A stretch of DNA of 55,033 bases from Bacillota bacterium (GCA_023401495.1 JAEXDU010000007.1:1-55033), one strand, 5' to 3'; counted from the first letter of the stretch, positions 1 to 9,863 are shown. Numbers and translations are program-made. The notes: generated by a model from the sequence alone, not told the origin.

Positions 1-615
1 CTCTAAGTAAGTAGTATGAATTATATTCTTGAAAAGTCGCGAAAGATATTGAGGCGATAAGAATACATGCTGCGCAACATCGCTTAAAAGAATGCGACTT
101 TTATAATTCTGATGAATATACTCCAAAGCGGACTTCATCCGTTGGTCCGTACTTGGCTCGAAGGGTTTTATTATTGCCACTGAAAACTCAGTTACAAGCA
201 AATGCAATATCTGAAAGAAAGTAGACTGAAAACGTAGTTTTGATTCCTGCGTTTTTTTCAAATCCAGAAATGCAAGCTCGGCTATCTGCTTTTGAAGAGA
301 CGTGTAAGCAGCTTCATCATCTCTATCCTGCGCACTGTAAATACAGGAAAAATGATATTGTGAAATCTGTGGAAATCGTGCTGTTATGTATTCCCTGGAA
401 AATTGCATCCATACCAAAATGTTGGAATCTTCGCTCTTTAAGCAGTAAAAATCCTTGTCATTGATAACTGCGATTCCTCCATCGTACAGAGTATAAGGTG
501 TATATTCATACTCCAGAGTGATAGATCCGCGCAGTACAAGCAAAAAAGTGATGCCATCACACAAAATCCGTGGTATCATATTGACCGTTCCAATGCGAAT
601 TTCTTTGTCTATCAT
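1..615 (-). CDS. AraC-family transcriptional regulator (cupin-like N-terminus + HTH), runs off the left edge; absent from the ORF track
   Basis: Manual translation from ATG at 615 (AAAAGGGGG RBS): MIDKEIRIGTVN...DQRMKSALEYIHQNYKSRILLSDVAQHVFLSPQYLSRLFKNII, open to position 1; typical AraC first HTH. Confidence 0.85.
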   Translation of the reverse strand, partial: MIDKEIRIGTVNMIPRILCDGITFLLVLRGSITLEYEYTPYTLYDGGIAVINDKDFYCLKSEDSNILVWMQFSREYITARFPQISQYHFSCIYSAQDRDDEAAYTSLQKQIAELAFLDLKKTQESKLRFQSTFFQILHLLVTEFSVAIIKPFEPSTDQRMKSALEYIHQNYKSRILLSDVAQHVFLSPQYLSRLFKNIIHTTYLE

Positions 616-813
616 AAGGCCCCCCCTTTTAGTTTACAAAGTTTAAGGACTCCTAAACCGATGGCGAGATAAGACACATGTTAGAATCGTATAATAACAA
701 AAATATATCTTATTTATACTGTAATAGCAATAAGCAAATCAGGAAGAAAGTTTTATTCTCATCTTCTAACGTTTCACATTCGAGAGATTATAAATCTTTT
801 CCTTTTTCACAAG

Positions 814-917
814 GCATGCGCCTTCAAACTTATGGAGAAGACCAACTCTGGAGAATTAAATAACCAGTCTATAAAGGTTTGCGTGATGATAAAGAGCCAA
901 AGATTGTAAGGAGATAA
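814..917 (+). pseudogene. C-terminal remnant of an ATP-dependent DNA ligase
   Basis: ACAFKLMEKTNSGEL / frameshift+stop / PVYKGLRDDKEPK resembles the ligase C-terminal 'LRxPxFxGLRxDK' motif. Confidence 0.55.
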
Positions 918-963
918 ATCAGCTCAAGACATTTTAGTGTTTTTAGATTAATTTCTCTCCACC

Positions 964-1012
964 CTATTTTAGAATCAAGTCGGACAAAATATCCGACTTG
1001 ATTCTAAAATAG
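964..1012. repeat. Inverted repeat with perfect 21-bp arms around core GTCGGACAAAATATCCGAC
   Basis: ctattttagaatcaagtcgga-caaaata-tccgacttgattctaaaatag. Confidence 0.9.
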
Positions 1013-1017
1013 TGGTA

Positions 1018-1068
1018 TTGACAATATGGGATAAATCCCATATAATGATTATAGGATTTATCCTATAA
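1018..1068 (+). promoter_or_regulatory. Consensus sigma-70 promoter of the TA operon with two palindromic operators
   Basis: TTGACA(1018)-17 bp-TATAAT(1041); palindromes atatgggataaatcccatat (1024-1043) and ttataggatttatcctataa (1049-1068). Confidence 0.9.
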
Positions 1069-1084
1069 GAAGGGTGGCCAAATA

Positions 1085-1445
1085 GTGCAAGAGTTTGAAG
1101 TGATATTTTATGATAAAGAAGATGGAACAGTTCCAGCTCAAGAGTTTATATTGAGTCTTGATAAAAAAATGCGGGCGAAAATGTTAAGAACAATTTCAAT
1201 ACTGGCCGATAATAGAACTGGACTCAGGGAACCTTATTCTAAGCCTTTGGGTGATGGTATTTTTGAATTACGTGCTAAGGTTGGTTCAGATATTTCCCGC
1301 GTTTTATATTTCTTTTTTTGTTGAACGGCGAGTGATTATTACGAACGGATTCGTTAAAAAGACACCAAAAACACCTCCTGCTGAAATAGAACGAGCAAAA
1401 CAGTACCGTGCCGAATACCTGAAAAGAAAGGGGCTTAAAGCATGA
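1085..1445 (+). pseudogene. RelE/HigB (Gp49-like) type II toxin, frameshifted in a T7 tract
   Basis: N-half ...LREPYSKPLGDGIFELRAKVGSDISRVLYFFF joins C-half VERRVIITNGFVKKTPKTPPAEIERAK if one T is removed from 1313-1319. Confidence 0.85.
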
Positions 1446-1732
1446 ACACCAATTTTAACGACTTTTTAAAGGATCAGCTGAGCGATCCGGAGATAAAGGC
1501 TGAATATGACGCGCTGGAACCTGAATTTGCGATTATTCAGGCGATGATTGATGCGCGGAAAAGCACTGGCATTACCCAAAAACAGCTTGCTGAAATAACC
1601 GGTATCACACAGGGCGATATCAGTAAGCTTGAAAATGGGAGCGCAAACCCGTCTTTAAGGACGCTCCAACGGCTTGCAGCTGGAATGGGTATGAAATTAA
1701 AGATCGAGTTTGTACCAACCACAAATAGATAA
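1442..1732 (+). CDS. XRE-family HTH antitoxin (HigA-like)
   Basis: ARKSTGITQKQLAEITGITQGDISKLENGSANPSLRTLQRLA; ATGA overlap with the toxin stop. Confidence 0.92.
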   Translation: MNTNFNDFLKDQLSDPEIKAEYDALEPEFAIIQAMIDARKSTGITQKQLAEITGITQGDISKLENGSANPSLRTLQRLAAGMGMKLKIEFVPTTNR

Positions 1733-1741
1733 AGAAAAATC

Positions 1742-1777
1742 AAAGGCGGTCACTTCAAATGGGTGACCGCCTTTTTT
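1742..1777 (+). terminator. Intrinsic terminator of the TA operon
   Basis: aaaggcggtcac...gtgaccgcc followed by a T run. Confidence 0.85.
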
Positions 1778-1793
1778 ATTGTACAAATAAGCA

Positions 1794-1828
1794 TATATGA
1801 AGCCGGACATTTTGTCCGGCTTCATATA
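1794..1828. repeat. Inverted repeat with perfect 16-bp arms around core GCCGGACATTTTGTCCGGC
   Basis: tatatgaagccggaca-ttt-tgtccggcttcatata. Confidence 0.9.
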
Positions 1829-1851
1829 GTAAGAAACAGTGATAAATCATC

Positions 1852-2030
1852 CTATCCCTTTACTTCAACAAACCAACGATCATCCTCGCGCCATAAAAAA
1901 CGTTCTTGGCCTTTAATTCGGCACAAGTAACGAAGCTTTTAGCGAAGCAGCCTGCCGCACATCCAGTATACGGTCTATCTCATACAGCTGATCCGGTGAC
2001 CAACGGATAGCTAAGCCCTTATTTCTTTCA
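1852..2030 (-). pseudogene. Remnant of a small conserved clostridial protein usually encoded next to dinB/umuC
   Basis: IRWSPDQLYEIDRILDVRQAASLKA / frameshift / RYLCRIKGQERFLWREDDRWFVEVKG*; family recognised from memory. Confidence 0.55.
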
Positions 2031-2250
2031 GTTTTAATAAACGATATCTGTTCGTAATTATTTATAAATTCTTATTCAAATTCAAGCATTACTTTTCCGT
2101 GAATAACGGATCATATTGACGGAGAGATTTAGATCCCTATTTCAGTCTGAGCAGCATTATTTTACTAATCCGCAAACCTCTACAAGTTGTCCTCTGTTCA
2201 GAATGCTTTCCGCAAAAGTCGGATGCCTGCTATTTCGGTATCCAATCCTA

Positions 2251-2640
2251 TTAGATATCTTGAACTGTGTCCTGATCCTCTGAGATCGATGGTTTCAAGC
2301 TGGTTTTTGCGCGGGTGATGAAATAGTAGATAACCGCCAGAAGATAAACTGCCAACACGGCAAAAATCAATTTTCCCTGTTTCAAAATGGAAATTAGAAT
2401 CCCGCTTACTACGACCACATCCAATATTAACGCAATGATGGGAAGAATCGGATAAGCTACACGATAGGGCGCTTCAGATCTGATTGGGACTGACGCAGGC
2501 GAAAAACAGAAAAGATACACAGAAGTATCATAACCGCCGAGGCCGAAGTGGAAATACATACCAGAGCATTTACTTTTCCAATTAACACGCACACCAACCC
2601 GATCGCATGTAATAGCTTATAACTGGTTTCCCTCATAGCA
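2251..2640 (-). pseudogene. C-terminal fragment of an APC-family amino acid permease, frameshifted
   Basis: ORF 2457-2669 ends FRLRQSQSDLKRP and ORF 2251-2592 continues PYRVAYPILPIIALIL, rebuilding the APC 'LRxxxPDLxRPY/FK..YP' tail. Confidence 0.65.
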
Positions 2641-2677
2641 AATACTGCTTTCAACACACAAAATGACAAAGACCATT

Positions 2678-3616
2678 TCAGCTATCAATTCCTCCAAAGA
2701 TATTGACAGCCATATTGATAAACGCTTTGTGGCAAGCTGATAAATAGAATGATTTATTATAGGCGATGGAGATGCTGCGCCGCGCTTCGGCGTGGTCAAT
2801 GGGGATTGTGTAGTAGTTTTCATATTCAGGTGGGTTCAGAAGCTTAGTTATCTCTGTTTCTGAGGTGATGGTACAGTACATACCTGTACCTGCCAGTGAG
2901 CGGGCCAGGTCGCTGGAATGAATTTCCATAGCAATTTTCGGCACCAAGCCAGCAGAGGAAAAGAGCTTATCCACCCAGAGGCGCGCCGTATATCCATGGT
3001 ATGTAAGAATTAATTCTTCCGTTACGAGCTTATCCAGAGTGATCCGTTCAGGAATCGGACCATCCTTGCCAAAAAGCCGTTCGGCCGCACTCGATGTCTT
3101 GCCTACGATGAAACACAAATACTCATCACATAAGAAAACATATTCGTTATTGTAGTCGTAATTGACAAAGCTGGCAATGACCAAGTCGTATGTACCGTCT
3201 TGCAGGCTTTTCTCCCATTCAACAATGCCGTTGCGTCTGTCTGTAATATTAAGTTTAACATTTGGGTATTGGTGTACGAACCGTGGAAGGATCAATGGCA
3301 GCATATGTTGGGCTCGCCTTGCAGATATTCCCAAGGCGATCTCCCCCGAGTCCGTTCCGTTCAGGTCACTAATTTCGTTGAGAAACATTTGTCGGCTTCG
3401 CAAAACACCCTGAGCCAACGCTAGAAAACGTCTTCCAGCATAAGTCAACTTGATGCGCTTATTGTCCCGATCGAGCAGGCATACACCCAATTCATCCTCC
3501 AAAGTTTTGATCATCTGGCTGATGGATGATTGAGAAACATAAAGATTTTCCGCGGCCCGGGTCAAGCCGTTTGCCTTGATTACCTCAATGAAATATTCCA
3601 TTTGACGAAAGTTCAT
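2678..3616 (-). CDS. LysR-family transcriptional regulator
   Basis: MNFRQMEYF...LTRAAENLYVSQSSISQMIKTLEDELGVCLLDR; GGGAGG RBS before the ATG at 3616; divergent from the opine dehydrogenase operon. Confidence 0.95.
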   Translation of the reverse strand: MNFRQMEYFIEVIKANGLTRAAENLYVSQSSISQMIKTLEDELGVCLLDRDNKRIKLTYAGRRFLALAQGVLRSRQMFLNEISDLNGTDSGEIALGISARRAQHMLPLILPRFVHQYPNVKLNITDRRNGIVEWEKSLQDGTYDLVIASFVNYDYNNEYVFLCDEYLCFIVGKTSSAAERLFGKDGPIPERITLDKLVTEELILTYHGYTARLWVDKLFSSAGLVPKIAMEIHSSDLARSLAGTGMYCTITSETEITKLLNPPEYENYYTIPIDHAEARRSISIAYNKSFYLSACHKAFINMAVNIFGGIDS

Positions 3617-3689
3617 TGCTATCCCTCCCCAATATACAGTGTAGAGGAAAGTGCCACAGCCTGTGTGAATTTTGCACAAAATCAGCGAG

Positions 3690-3713
3690 AATCATAATGA
3701 AAAACTTATGATT
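3690..3713. promoter_or_regulatory. Candidate LysR binding site
   Basis: Inverted repeat aatcataa-N8-ttatgatt in the divergent intergenic region. Confidence 0.4.
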
Positions 3714-3794
3714 AGACCAATTATATTGATATTTTCCAAAAAAGTCAAGCCGTGATATGATGAAGCCACAAAAAACAACAAGGAGGGAAAGTAC

Positions 3795-4943
3795 ATGAAA
3801 CCAGCAAGAATCACTATTATTGGAGGCGGTAACGGTGCCTTTGCCGCAGCTGGTCATCTGACGCTTGTGGGCCATCAGGTTACGCTGTTTGAGATGCCAG
3901 CTTTTCAGGCAAGTCTTGATCCCATTAAAAAGAGAGGAGGAAAGCTGAAGGTAAAGTGCCTGCCAAGCAACCATCTACCGGAGGGCGAGGCCATGCTTCA
4001 CAAGCTCACGATTGATGCAAGGGAGGCCATGGAAGAATCGGACATTATCCTTGTTATCACACCCGCTCAGGGACATGAGAGCATTGCAAAGGCGATTGCC
4101 CCCTATGTTCGCAGCAACCACGTGATTGCCATTACACCTGGCAACTTTGGCGGCAGCATCAAATTCCGCAACTATCTGATAGCGGGTGGCTGCGAAGAGA
4201 GTGTGAAGGTTGCTGAATTTGAGACTATGCCATATGCAACGCGTAAGGAAAAAGATGAAAATGGCGAGATCGTGGGGCCGTGGATTCGCGGCTACAAGCA
4301 TGGTCTTGGCTGCTCTGTTTTCCCTAGCAAAAACAGCGATGAGATTTTCAACAGACTCTACGACATCTACGATATTCTCGAAAAAAGAGACAATGTTTTG
4401 GTCACCGGTGTCAGCAATGTGAATACCTATGGCCACCCGCCCTGCATGGTCGGAAGCATTCAATATATTGATAAAAAAGAAAAACCGCTGATGAATGAGA
4501 TCAAGACCGAAAGCATTGCTCACATAAGAAAAGAGCTTGATCTTGAGCATATGCAGCTGAAGAATATCGGCATCAATGTGGTTTCTGCCAGAGAAATCAC
4601 AAAAAGCTACTACGGGTATCAAAATGTATCCGAAGGCGGCAAAATTGATGATTTGGATCCTGATGATGTCTGGAGACATAACAAAATTTATGTGGACAGC
4701 AAATTGCCCGATGATTGGAATCACCGTTATTTGACGGAGGATATTCCTTTCGGTCTGGTTCCTCTTGAGGAGCTGCTTGAACAGTACGCATTACCCCATC
4801 CGATCACTACCGCATGCATCAACTTTGCAGACCTGCTTTGCGGCAAAAACTTCCGTGAGGAAGGCGCCAAATTGGCGGACTGCGGCCTGAAGGGGCTGAC
4901 GCTAAGTCAACTGCATCAGTATCTGGAGAACGGTACATATTGA
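3795..4943 (+). CDS. NAD/NADP-dependent opine (octopine/nopaline) dehydrogenase family protein
   Basis: Rossmann IIGGGNGAFAAAGHL, NVNTYGHP, and C-terminal HRYLTEDIPFGLVP signature. Confidence 0.9.
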   Translation: MKPARITIIGGGNGAFAAAGHLTLVGHQVTLFEMPAFQASLDPIKKRGGKLKVKCLPSNHLPEGEAMLHKLTIDAREAMEESDIILVITPAQGHESIAKAIAPYVRSNHVIAITPGNFGGSIKFRNYLIAGGCEESVKVAEFETMPYATRKEKDENGEIVGPWIRGYKHGLGCSVFPSKNSDEIFNRLYDIYDILEKRDNVLVTGVSNVNTYGHPPCMVGSIQYIDKKEKPLMNEIKTESIAHIRKELDLEHMQLKNIGINVVSAREITKSYYGYQNVSEGGKIDDLDPDDVWRHNKIYVDSKLPDDWNHRYLTEDIPFGLVPLEELLEQYALPHPITTACINFADLLCGKNFREEGAKLADCGLKGLTLSQLHQYLENGTY

Positions 4944-5182
4944 TCTAAAAGAACATCGAATTGTTAAGATCCGTGCCTCCCCAAAAAGGTTGACCTTGCG
5001 ATTAGGGCAGATGTATGATAGCAATAAGCGGCAATGTTTTTCTGTACCCATGATCTGCGCTCTTTGCTTACTGAGGGCTACCTGCATTTAGTTCATTTTG
5101 GGGAGGGGGAGCTGGAGGAAATTTAAAAGTATTCAACAGTCAAACAAGCAAACAATTATTAATTTAAGATTGGAGAGAACAA

Positions 5183-6187
5183 ATGAAAAAGCATTTTAGC
5201 CTTTTTATGGCCGGCTTGCTGATTTTCGCTACTCTCACGACAGGCTGTTCACAAAAAGAAGTAAATCCTCCACAAAATCAGCAATCGGCACCCATTAGCT
5301 ATCCCACCAGAGCCATTGATCTGGTTGTCCCTGGAGCAGCCGGTTCATCAACTGACCTGCAGGCAAGAATCATTTCGAAGTATTTGGCTGAAGAATTAGG
5401 GAAACCCGTAAATGTAGTCAATCGCGAAGGCGGTGGTTCTGTGACGGGTACGTTGTCGGTTTATGATGCTGAACCAGATGGGTACACACTGCTGGCTGAT
5501 TCCGGATCTTGGTCCTCCTTCCAGTTGGCGGATGAATCTCAAAAATTGCCATATGACGTATTGGATAGATCGTTTATCTGTAAAATCTCGGTTGGCGAAA
5601 CTTTCCTATGTTGCTCCTCAAAAATGCCTTGGCAAAGCCTTGATGACGTCGCGAAGGCCATTCGGAAGGATCCTGAAGACTTCATTTATGGTGGTTTGGG
5701 CGGTTTGAGCGTTAGCGACCTGATTCCCAAACAGTTCTTAGTTGAGACGGGGGCGGATTTGTCGAAAATGAACAAGCTGTCTTATACAGGTGGTGGGCAG
5801 ATTATGGCTGCTTTGGCTGGTGGCAATATACAGTTCTCCAGCGGTGGGTATGCAACAGTGCTGCCCTTTGTTCAGAGTGGTACAATCCGACCGCTGGCTG
5901 TGATCAGCGATACGCGCAATCCCAACTTCCCTGATGTACCCACTACAGTTGAAGCCGGATATCCTTCCGTAGTGTTGCGGTCATGGACTGGTATTTCTGG
6001 CCCCCCCAAGCTGCCACAGGAAATCGTTGAAAAGATTGATGCTGCTGTGGCCAAGATCGTTGAGAGGAAAGAATTCATTGACGAAATGAATTCACTATAT
6101 GCGCAGATCAAATACACAAATCACAAGGATGCGAAGGCTACTGTTATTGATGAGGCTGAAATCGTGAAGAAGCTCTTGAGCCAGTAG
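5183..6187 (+). CDS. tctC: Tripartite tricarboxylate transporter substrate-binding lipoprotein (Bug/TctC)
   Basis: Lipobox LTTGC; YPTRAIDLVVPGAAGSSTD, VVNREGGGS, PDGYTLL, PDVPTTVEAG. Confidence 0.92.
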   Translation: MKKHFSLFMAGLLIFATLTTGCSQKEVNPPQNQQSAPISYPTRAIDLVVPGAAGSSTDLQARIISKYLAEELGKPVNVVNREGGGSVTGTLSVYDAEPDGYTLLADSGSWSSFQLADESQKLPYDVLDRSFICKISVGETFLCCSSKMPWQSLDDVAKAIRKDPEDFIYGGLGGLSVSDLIPKQFLVETGADLSKMNKLSYTGGGQIMAALAGGNIQFSSGGYATVLPFVQSGTIRPLAVISDTRNPNFPDVPTTVEAGYPSVVLRSWTGISGPPKLPQEIVEKIDAAVAKIVERKEFIDEMNSLYAQIKYTNHKDAKATVIDEAEIVKKLLSQ

Positions 6188-6336
6188 GTTCAAAAGTCAG
6201 GGTATAAGGGTGTAGTTTGTCGCGCAATTTTGAGTAAAGGTTCATGCGCAGGCGAAATACACCCTTTATCTTAAGGCTGATAGTTGCAAGCTCCGTACGA
6301 TGTGCGTATTAAAAACGAACCCGGGAGGGATACAGC

Positions 6337-6918
6337 ATGAAACTATTAATAGATAAACTACGCGGGTCTGGTTATGCGTTTTTTATGGGGATATTGGGGA
6401 TTATGACACTAGCTGAAGGTTTGCGCCTGAATCTTCAGTCCACTTTGAATAAGAAGTGGCTCCTACAGCCTGGCAGTTATATCATCATTATCGGCGCTGC
6501 CCTACTGCTGCTTACCTGCTTTGAATTATTTCGTTGGTTGAAAACAAGAAATCTACAGGAAAGTACACAAGAAGTAAAAGGGCTGGCAGAAACACAAGAA
6601 ACACAAGAGACACATGAGATACAAGAGACACATGAGATACAAGAGACACATGAGCCGGTTAAAGCAATTTTAGTCCAGTGGCTTGAAAAGAACAAACGAG
6701 TTTTAATTACTTTAGTATGTATAGGAGTATATATCTTGATCATTCCATATGTTGGGATGGCGATTGCAACGATTCCGTTTCTAATAGCGGTTATGAGAAT
6801 AATGAAAAACAGTAAAAAGGCAATGGCGATCACGATACTCATTTGTTTTCTTTTCGGATATGTGCTCTTGCCGATGATGGGAATATCATTGCCACGCGGT
6901 ATTATTTTTCCGTTTTGA
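6337..6918 (+). CDS. tctB: TctB-family small membrane subunit
   Basis: Hydrophobic, C-terminal ISLPRG motif, lies between tctC and tctA. Confidence 0.8.
   Translation: MKLLIDKLRGSGYAFFMGILGIMTLAEGLRLNLQSTLNKKWLLQPGSYIIIIGAALLLLTCFELFRWLKTRNLQESTQEVKGLAETQETQETHEIQETHEIQETHEPVKAILVQWLEKNKRVLITLVCIGVYILIIPYVGMAIATIPFLIAVMRIMKNSKKAMAITILICFLFGYVLLPMMGISLPRGIIFPF
6589..6654 (+). repeat. In-frame 9/18-bp tandem repeat in tctB (ETQETQETHEIQETHEIQETHE)
   Basis: gaaacacaa gaaacacaa gagacacat gagatacaa gagacacat gagatacaa gagacacat gag. Confidence 0.9.
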
Positions 6919-6970
6919 TCAATTGATAAGAAATAACTGAGAAATACATTTATTTTTATAAGTAAGGGAG

Positions 6971-8458
6971 GTGTGTCCTTTGGACGCCGGATGGTTGATT
7001 GATGGTTTTATTTCGGCATTGTCGCCTAGCAACCTTTTTATTGCACTTATAGGGTGCTTGTTAGGAACGTTGGTGGGCGTTCTGCCAGGACTTGGTCCCG
7101 CATCTGCAATCGCTTTGCTGATTCCGTTTACAGCATATTTATCTCCTGCTGGTGCAGTGATTGGGTTGGGCTCTATTTTCTATGGGGCAATGTATGGCGG
7201 TTCAACGACATCCGTATTGTTGAATATTCCCGGTGAAGTTGCATCTGTGCCGGCAGCGCTTGAAGGTTATCAGTTGTGTAAAAAAGGCCGAGGAGGACCT
7301 GTCCTTTGTATCTGTGCACTTGTTTCTTTTATGGGGGCAATTATTGCGCTTTTAGGACTCTCGTTTTTTGCGCCGAAACTGGCTCAAATAGCGATCACTT
7401 TCGGTCCTTTTGAGTATCTTGCACTGATGATTCTCAGCTTATCCTGTGCGGTAGGACTGGCAAGTGATTCTGTCGTCAGAGGAGTAGGTGCGGCATTTGC
7501 AGGGCTAGTGATTGCAGTTGTCGGCTACGATCCTTCGGAGAATATTTTCCGGATGACGTTTGGCTCATCGTCATTGTTGTCGGGTTTTGACAGTATACCG
7601 ATTGTTGTTGGCCTTTTTGGTGTTGCCGAGGTGCTCTGTGGCATTGAGAAGGAAACCAAAATGATTACAGAAAAAATCGGAAGTTTAATTCCTTCTAAAA
7701 AGGAAATGAAGCTTGGGATGCCGGCAGGACTTAGAGGATCCTTCATTGGCGCGCTGCTGGGACTTTTGCCCGGCATGACTGCTTCCGTTGCATCGTTTCT
7801 TGGTTATGCAGTGGAGAAAAGAGTCGCGAAGGAAAAACATCTTTACGGGAAAGGCATGTTAGAAGGTGTCGCCTCGTCCGAAGCTGCAAATAACGCATGT
7901 GCGGTTTCTGGGTTCGTGCCGCTTATGGCTTTGGGTATCCCCACAGGTCCAATTATGGCTATGGTTTTGGCAGCTCTTCTGATGCAAGGCGTGGTTCCTG
8001 GACCGCTGATGTTCTCGACGAATCAGGCACTAGCGGGAACCATTATAGGCAGCTTTTTCATCGGCAACATTATTCTTGTTATATTAAACCTCCCGTTGGT
8101 AGGCATGTGGGTTCGCATTGCTACGATTCCTTACAGGATCATGGCGCCAGTTATTTTGTTCCTGTGCGCCGTAGGATCTTACTCGATTAGAAACTCCATG
8201 TTTGATCTGTGGGTGATGCTGTTATTTGGTGTTATTGGCTATATTGCAAAGAAAGTGAATTTTGGTGTGGCTCCCATGATATTGGGCTTGATTCTGGGAA
8301 CACAGCTGGAGTTCTATTTCAAACAAGCATCGGTGTTAGGATTTGGTGCTTTGTCAAATCGCCCCCTTGCAATCTGTGTTTTTATCGTGGCTGGGATCGT
8401 GTTGGCGGCGTTCACAGTTCTCAAGGGGAGAAATGCCGCATTTGGTGAGGATGATTAG
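6971..8458 (+). CDS. tctA: TctA-family large permease (start may be TTG at 6980)
   Basis: GTLVGVLPGLGP, YGGSTTSVLLNIPG, EAANNA, LGIP motifs. Confidence 0.95.
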   Translation: MCPLDAGWLIDGFISALSPSNLFIALIGCLLGTLVGVLPGLGPASAIALLIPFTAYLSPAGAVIGLGSIFYGAMYGGSTTSVLLNIPGEVASVPAALEGYQLCKKGRGGPVLCICALVSFMGAIIALLGLSFFAPKLAQIAITFGPFEYLALMILSLSCAVGLASDSVVRGVGAAFAGLVIAVVGYDPSENIFRMTFGSSSLLSGFDSIPIVVGLFGVAEVLCGIEKETKMITEKIGSLIPSKKEMKLGMPAGLRGSFIGALLGLLPGMTASVASFLGYAVEKRVAKEKHLYGKGMLEGVASSEAANNACAVSGFVPLMALGIPTGPIMAMVLAALLMQGVVPGPLMFSTNQALAGTIIGSFFIGNIILVILNLPLVGMWVRIATIPYRIMAPVILFLCAVGSYSIRNSMFDLWVMLLFGVIGYIAKKVNFGVAPMILGLILGTQLEFYFKQASVLGFGALSNRPLAICVFIVAGIVLAAFTVLKGRNAAFGEDD

Positions 8459-8531
8459 TGGCGATTGACGGAAGCAAGTTCATTTGGCGCCGGGGTTAGC
8501 TGTGTCAATTATTGAAAGGAGAGTATATATT

Positions 8532-9863
8532 ATGTTACGAATTGTAAACGGAACCATCGTGACAGGAGATGGTTTAACCATGATTTCAGGTGGCACGGTG
8601 TCTATCCATGAGGATCGTATTGTGGGTATTTCCTCGCAATATGAGGTTATGCCAGATGATACGGTGATTGACGCACAGGGTTGCTTGGTTTTTCCGGGCA
8701 TTATCAATCATCATGTACATGGTGTTGCGCCCGGACCACTGTTCCCCAGCGCCGCCCCGGCGCTTCCAATCGAGAAGGTTCGCGAGAATCTGACCCGGCA
8801 TATCTGCGAAGGAAGCACAACGATCCTCAATGTTGATGGTTTTGCCACGATGGAGGATATCGAAGAGGCACGCAAATTGGTACCCATCAATCTAATGACT
8901 GCAACCTCTCACACCCCGCTGAATTTTAAAGCGGCAGTGGCTGTTGATGGAACGGGACTTAAGGAGCGCCACAAAGCTATGACCGCTAAAAAGATGGTCG
9001 AAGCAGGTGCTGTCGCCATTGGTGAGATTGGCGGTGGACATACGCTAGGTGGCGGCGGACAGGATTATCTCTATATCCCTAGGGCTATCCGAGAGCGTAC
9101 AGGAGTTGAGATTACAGCGCCACAGGCAAAGAAACTCAAGTTTGCGGCGTTGGGGCGCTATGTTGATGTGAGTGCTTACGATGAAAAGGCCATGAAGACG
9201 GCCATGCAAGCCGCCGGGCTGGAAGGCTGCATCTCGCCGGAGATAACACGGCAGCTTATCTGCAATTCTGTGTTACCCTCTATCCAGCTTGGGCTTGACG
9301 CATTTTTAGAGGCGGCTGAGATTGCCAATCAGCTGGGCAAAACCTCGATTTATCACAATTCAGCGCCCTCCATGAATCAGATGCTCAACATTACCAAAAA
9401 GTTCCCGAACATAATCGCCGGTCACTCGAACCACACGACATTTGACCCTGATGAATCTGTTTCGTTTGCCCGTAAGCTGAAGGAAGCAGGAGGAATTATT
9501 GATGTTTCAACTCTTAAGCTTGTTTCAGCCGGAATCTATGAGGATATTCGACCTCTCTATGAGTTCTATCGAAGTGGCTTGGTGGATACCATAACGACCG
9601 ATTACGCTGCTGGATTTTGGAACTCGGTGCTGTATGGATTGGATCATATTATCAAAGAAACGGGTATCAGCCTTACCTATGCTATTGCTACGGCAACCAG
9701 CAATGTTGAGAAAGCAATTCCGGGTATTGCCCCGGATCGCGGGCTAATTGAGCAGAATAAAATTGCGGATATCACGATTGCTAGTGCCGAACGGCTCTAT
9801 GATATTAAGTATGTTTTGCTTGGGGGGAGAATTGTCGTTAAGGACGGGAAGCTTTTGGCGTAA
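8532..9863 (+). CDS. Metal-dependent amidohydrolase superfamily protein of unknown substrate
   Basis: IDAQGCLVFPGIINHHVHG (HxH), TTDY, DRGLIEQNKIADI; AGGAG RBS before the ATG at 8532. Confidence 0.85.
   Translation: MLRIVNGTIVTGDGLTMISGGTVSIHEDRIVGISSQYEVMPDDTVIDAQGCLVFPGIINHHVHGVAPGPLFPSAAPALPIEKVRENLTRHICEGSTTILNVDGFATMEDIEEARKLVPINLMTATSHTPLNFKAAVAVDGTGLKERHKAMTAKKMVEAGAVAIGEIGGGHTLGGGGQDYLYIPRAIRERTGVEITAPQAKKLKFAALGRYVDVSAYDEKAMKTAMQAAGLEGCISPEITRQLICNSVLPSIQLGLDAFLEAAEIANQLGKTSIYHNSAPSMNQMLNITKKFPNIIAGHSNHTTFDPDESVSFARKLKEAGGIIDVSTLKLVSAGIYEDIRPLYEFYRSGLVDTITTDYAAGFWNSVLYGLDHIIKETGISLTYAIATATSNVEKAIPGIAPDRGLIEQNKIADITIASAERLYDIKYVLLGGRIVVKDGKLLA

Noticed and set aside
240..863. Short plus-strand ORFs 240-464 and 678-863
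   Set aside because: The first is antisense to the AraC gene; the second has no motif and overlaps the ligase remnant largely out of frame.
6589..6654. Possible CRISPR-like repeat
   Set aside because: No spacers; it is an in-frame coding tandem repeat. No CRISPR array or cas gene was seen in the window.
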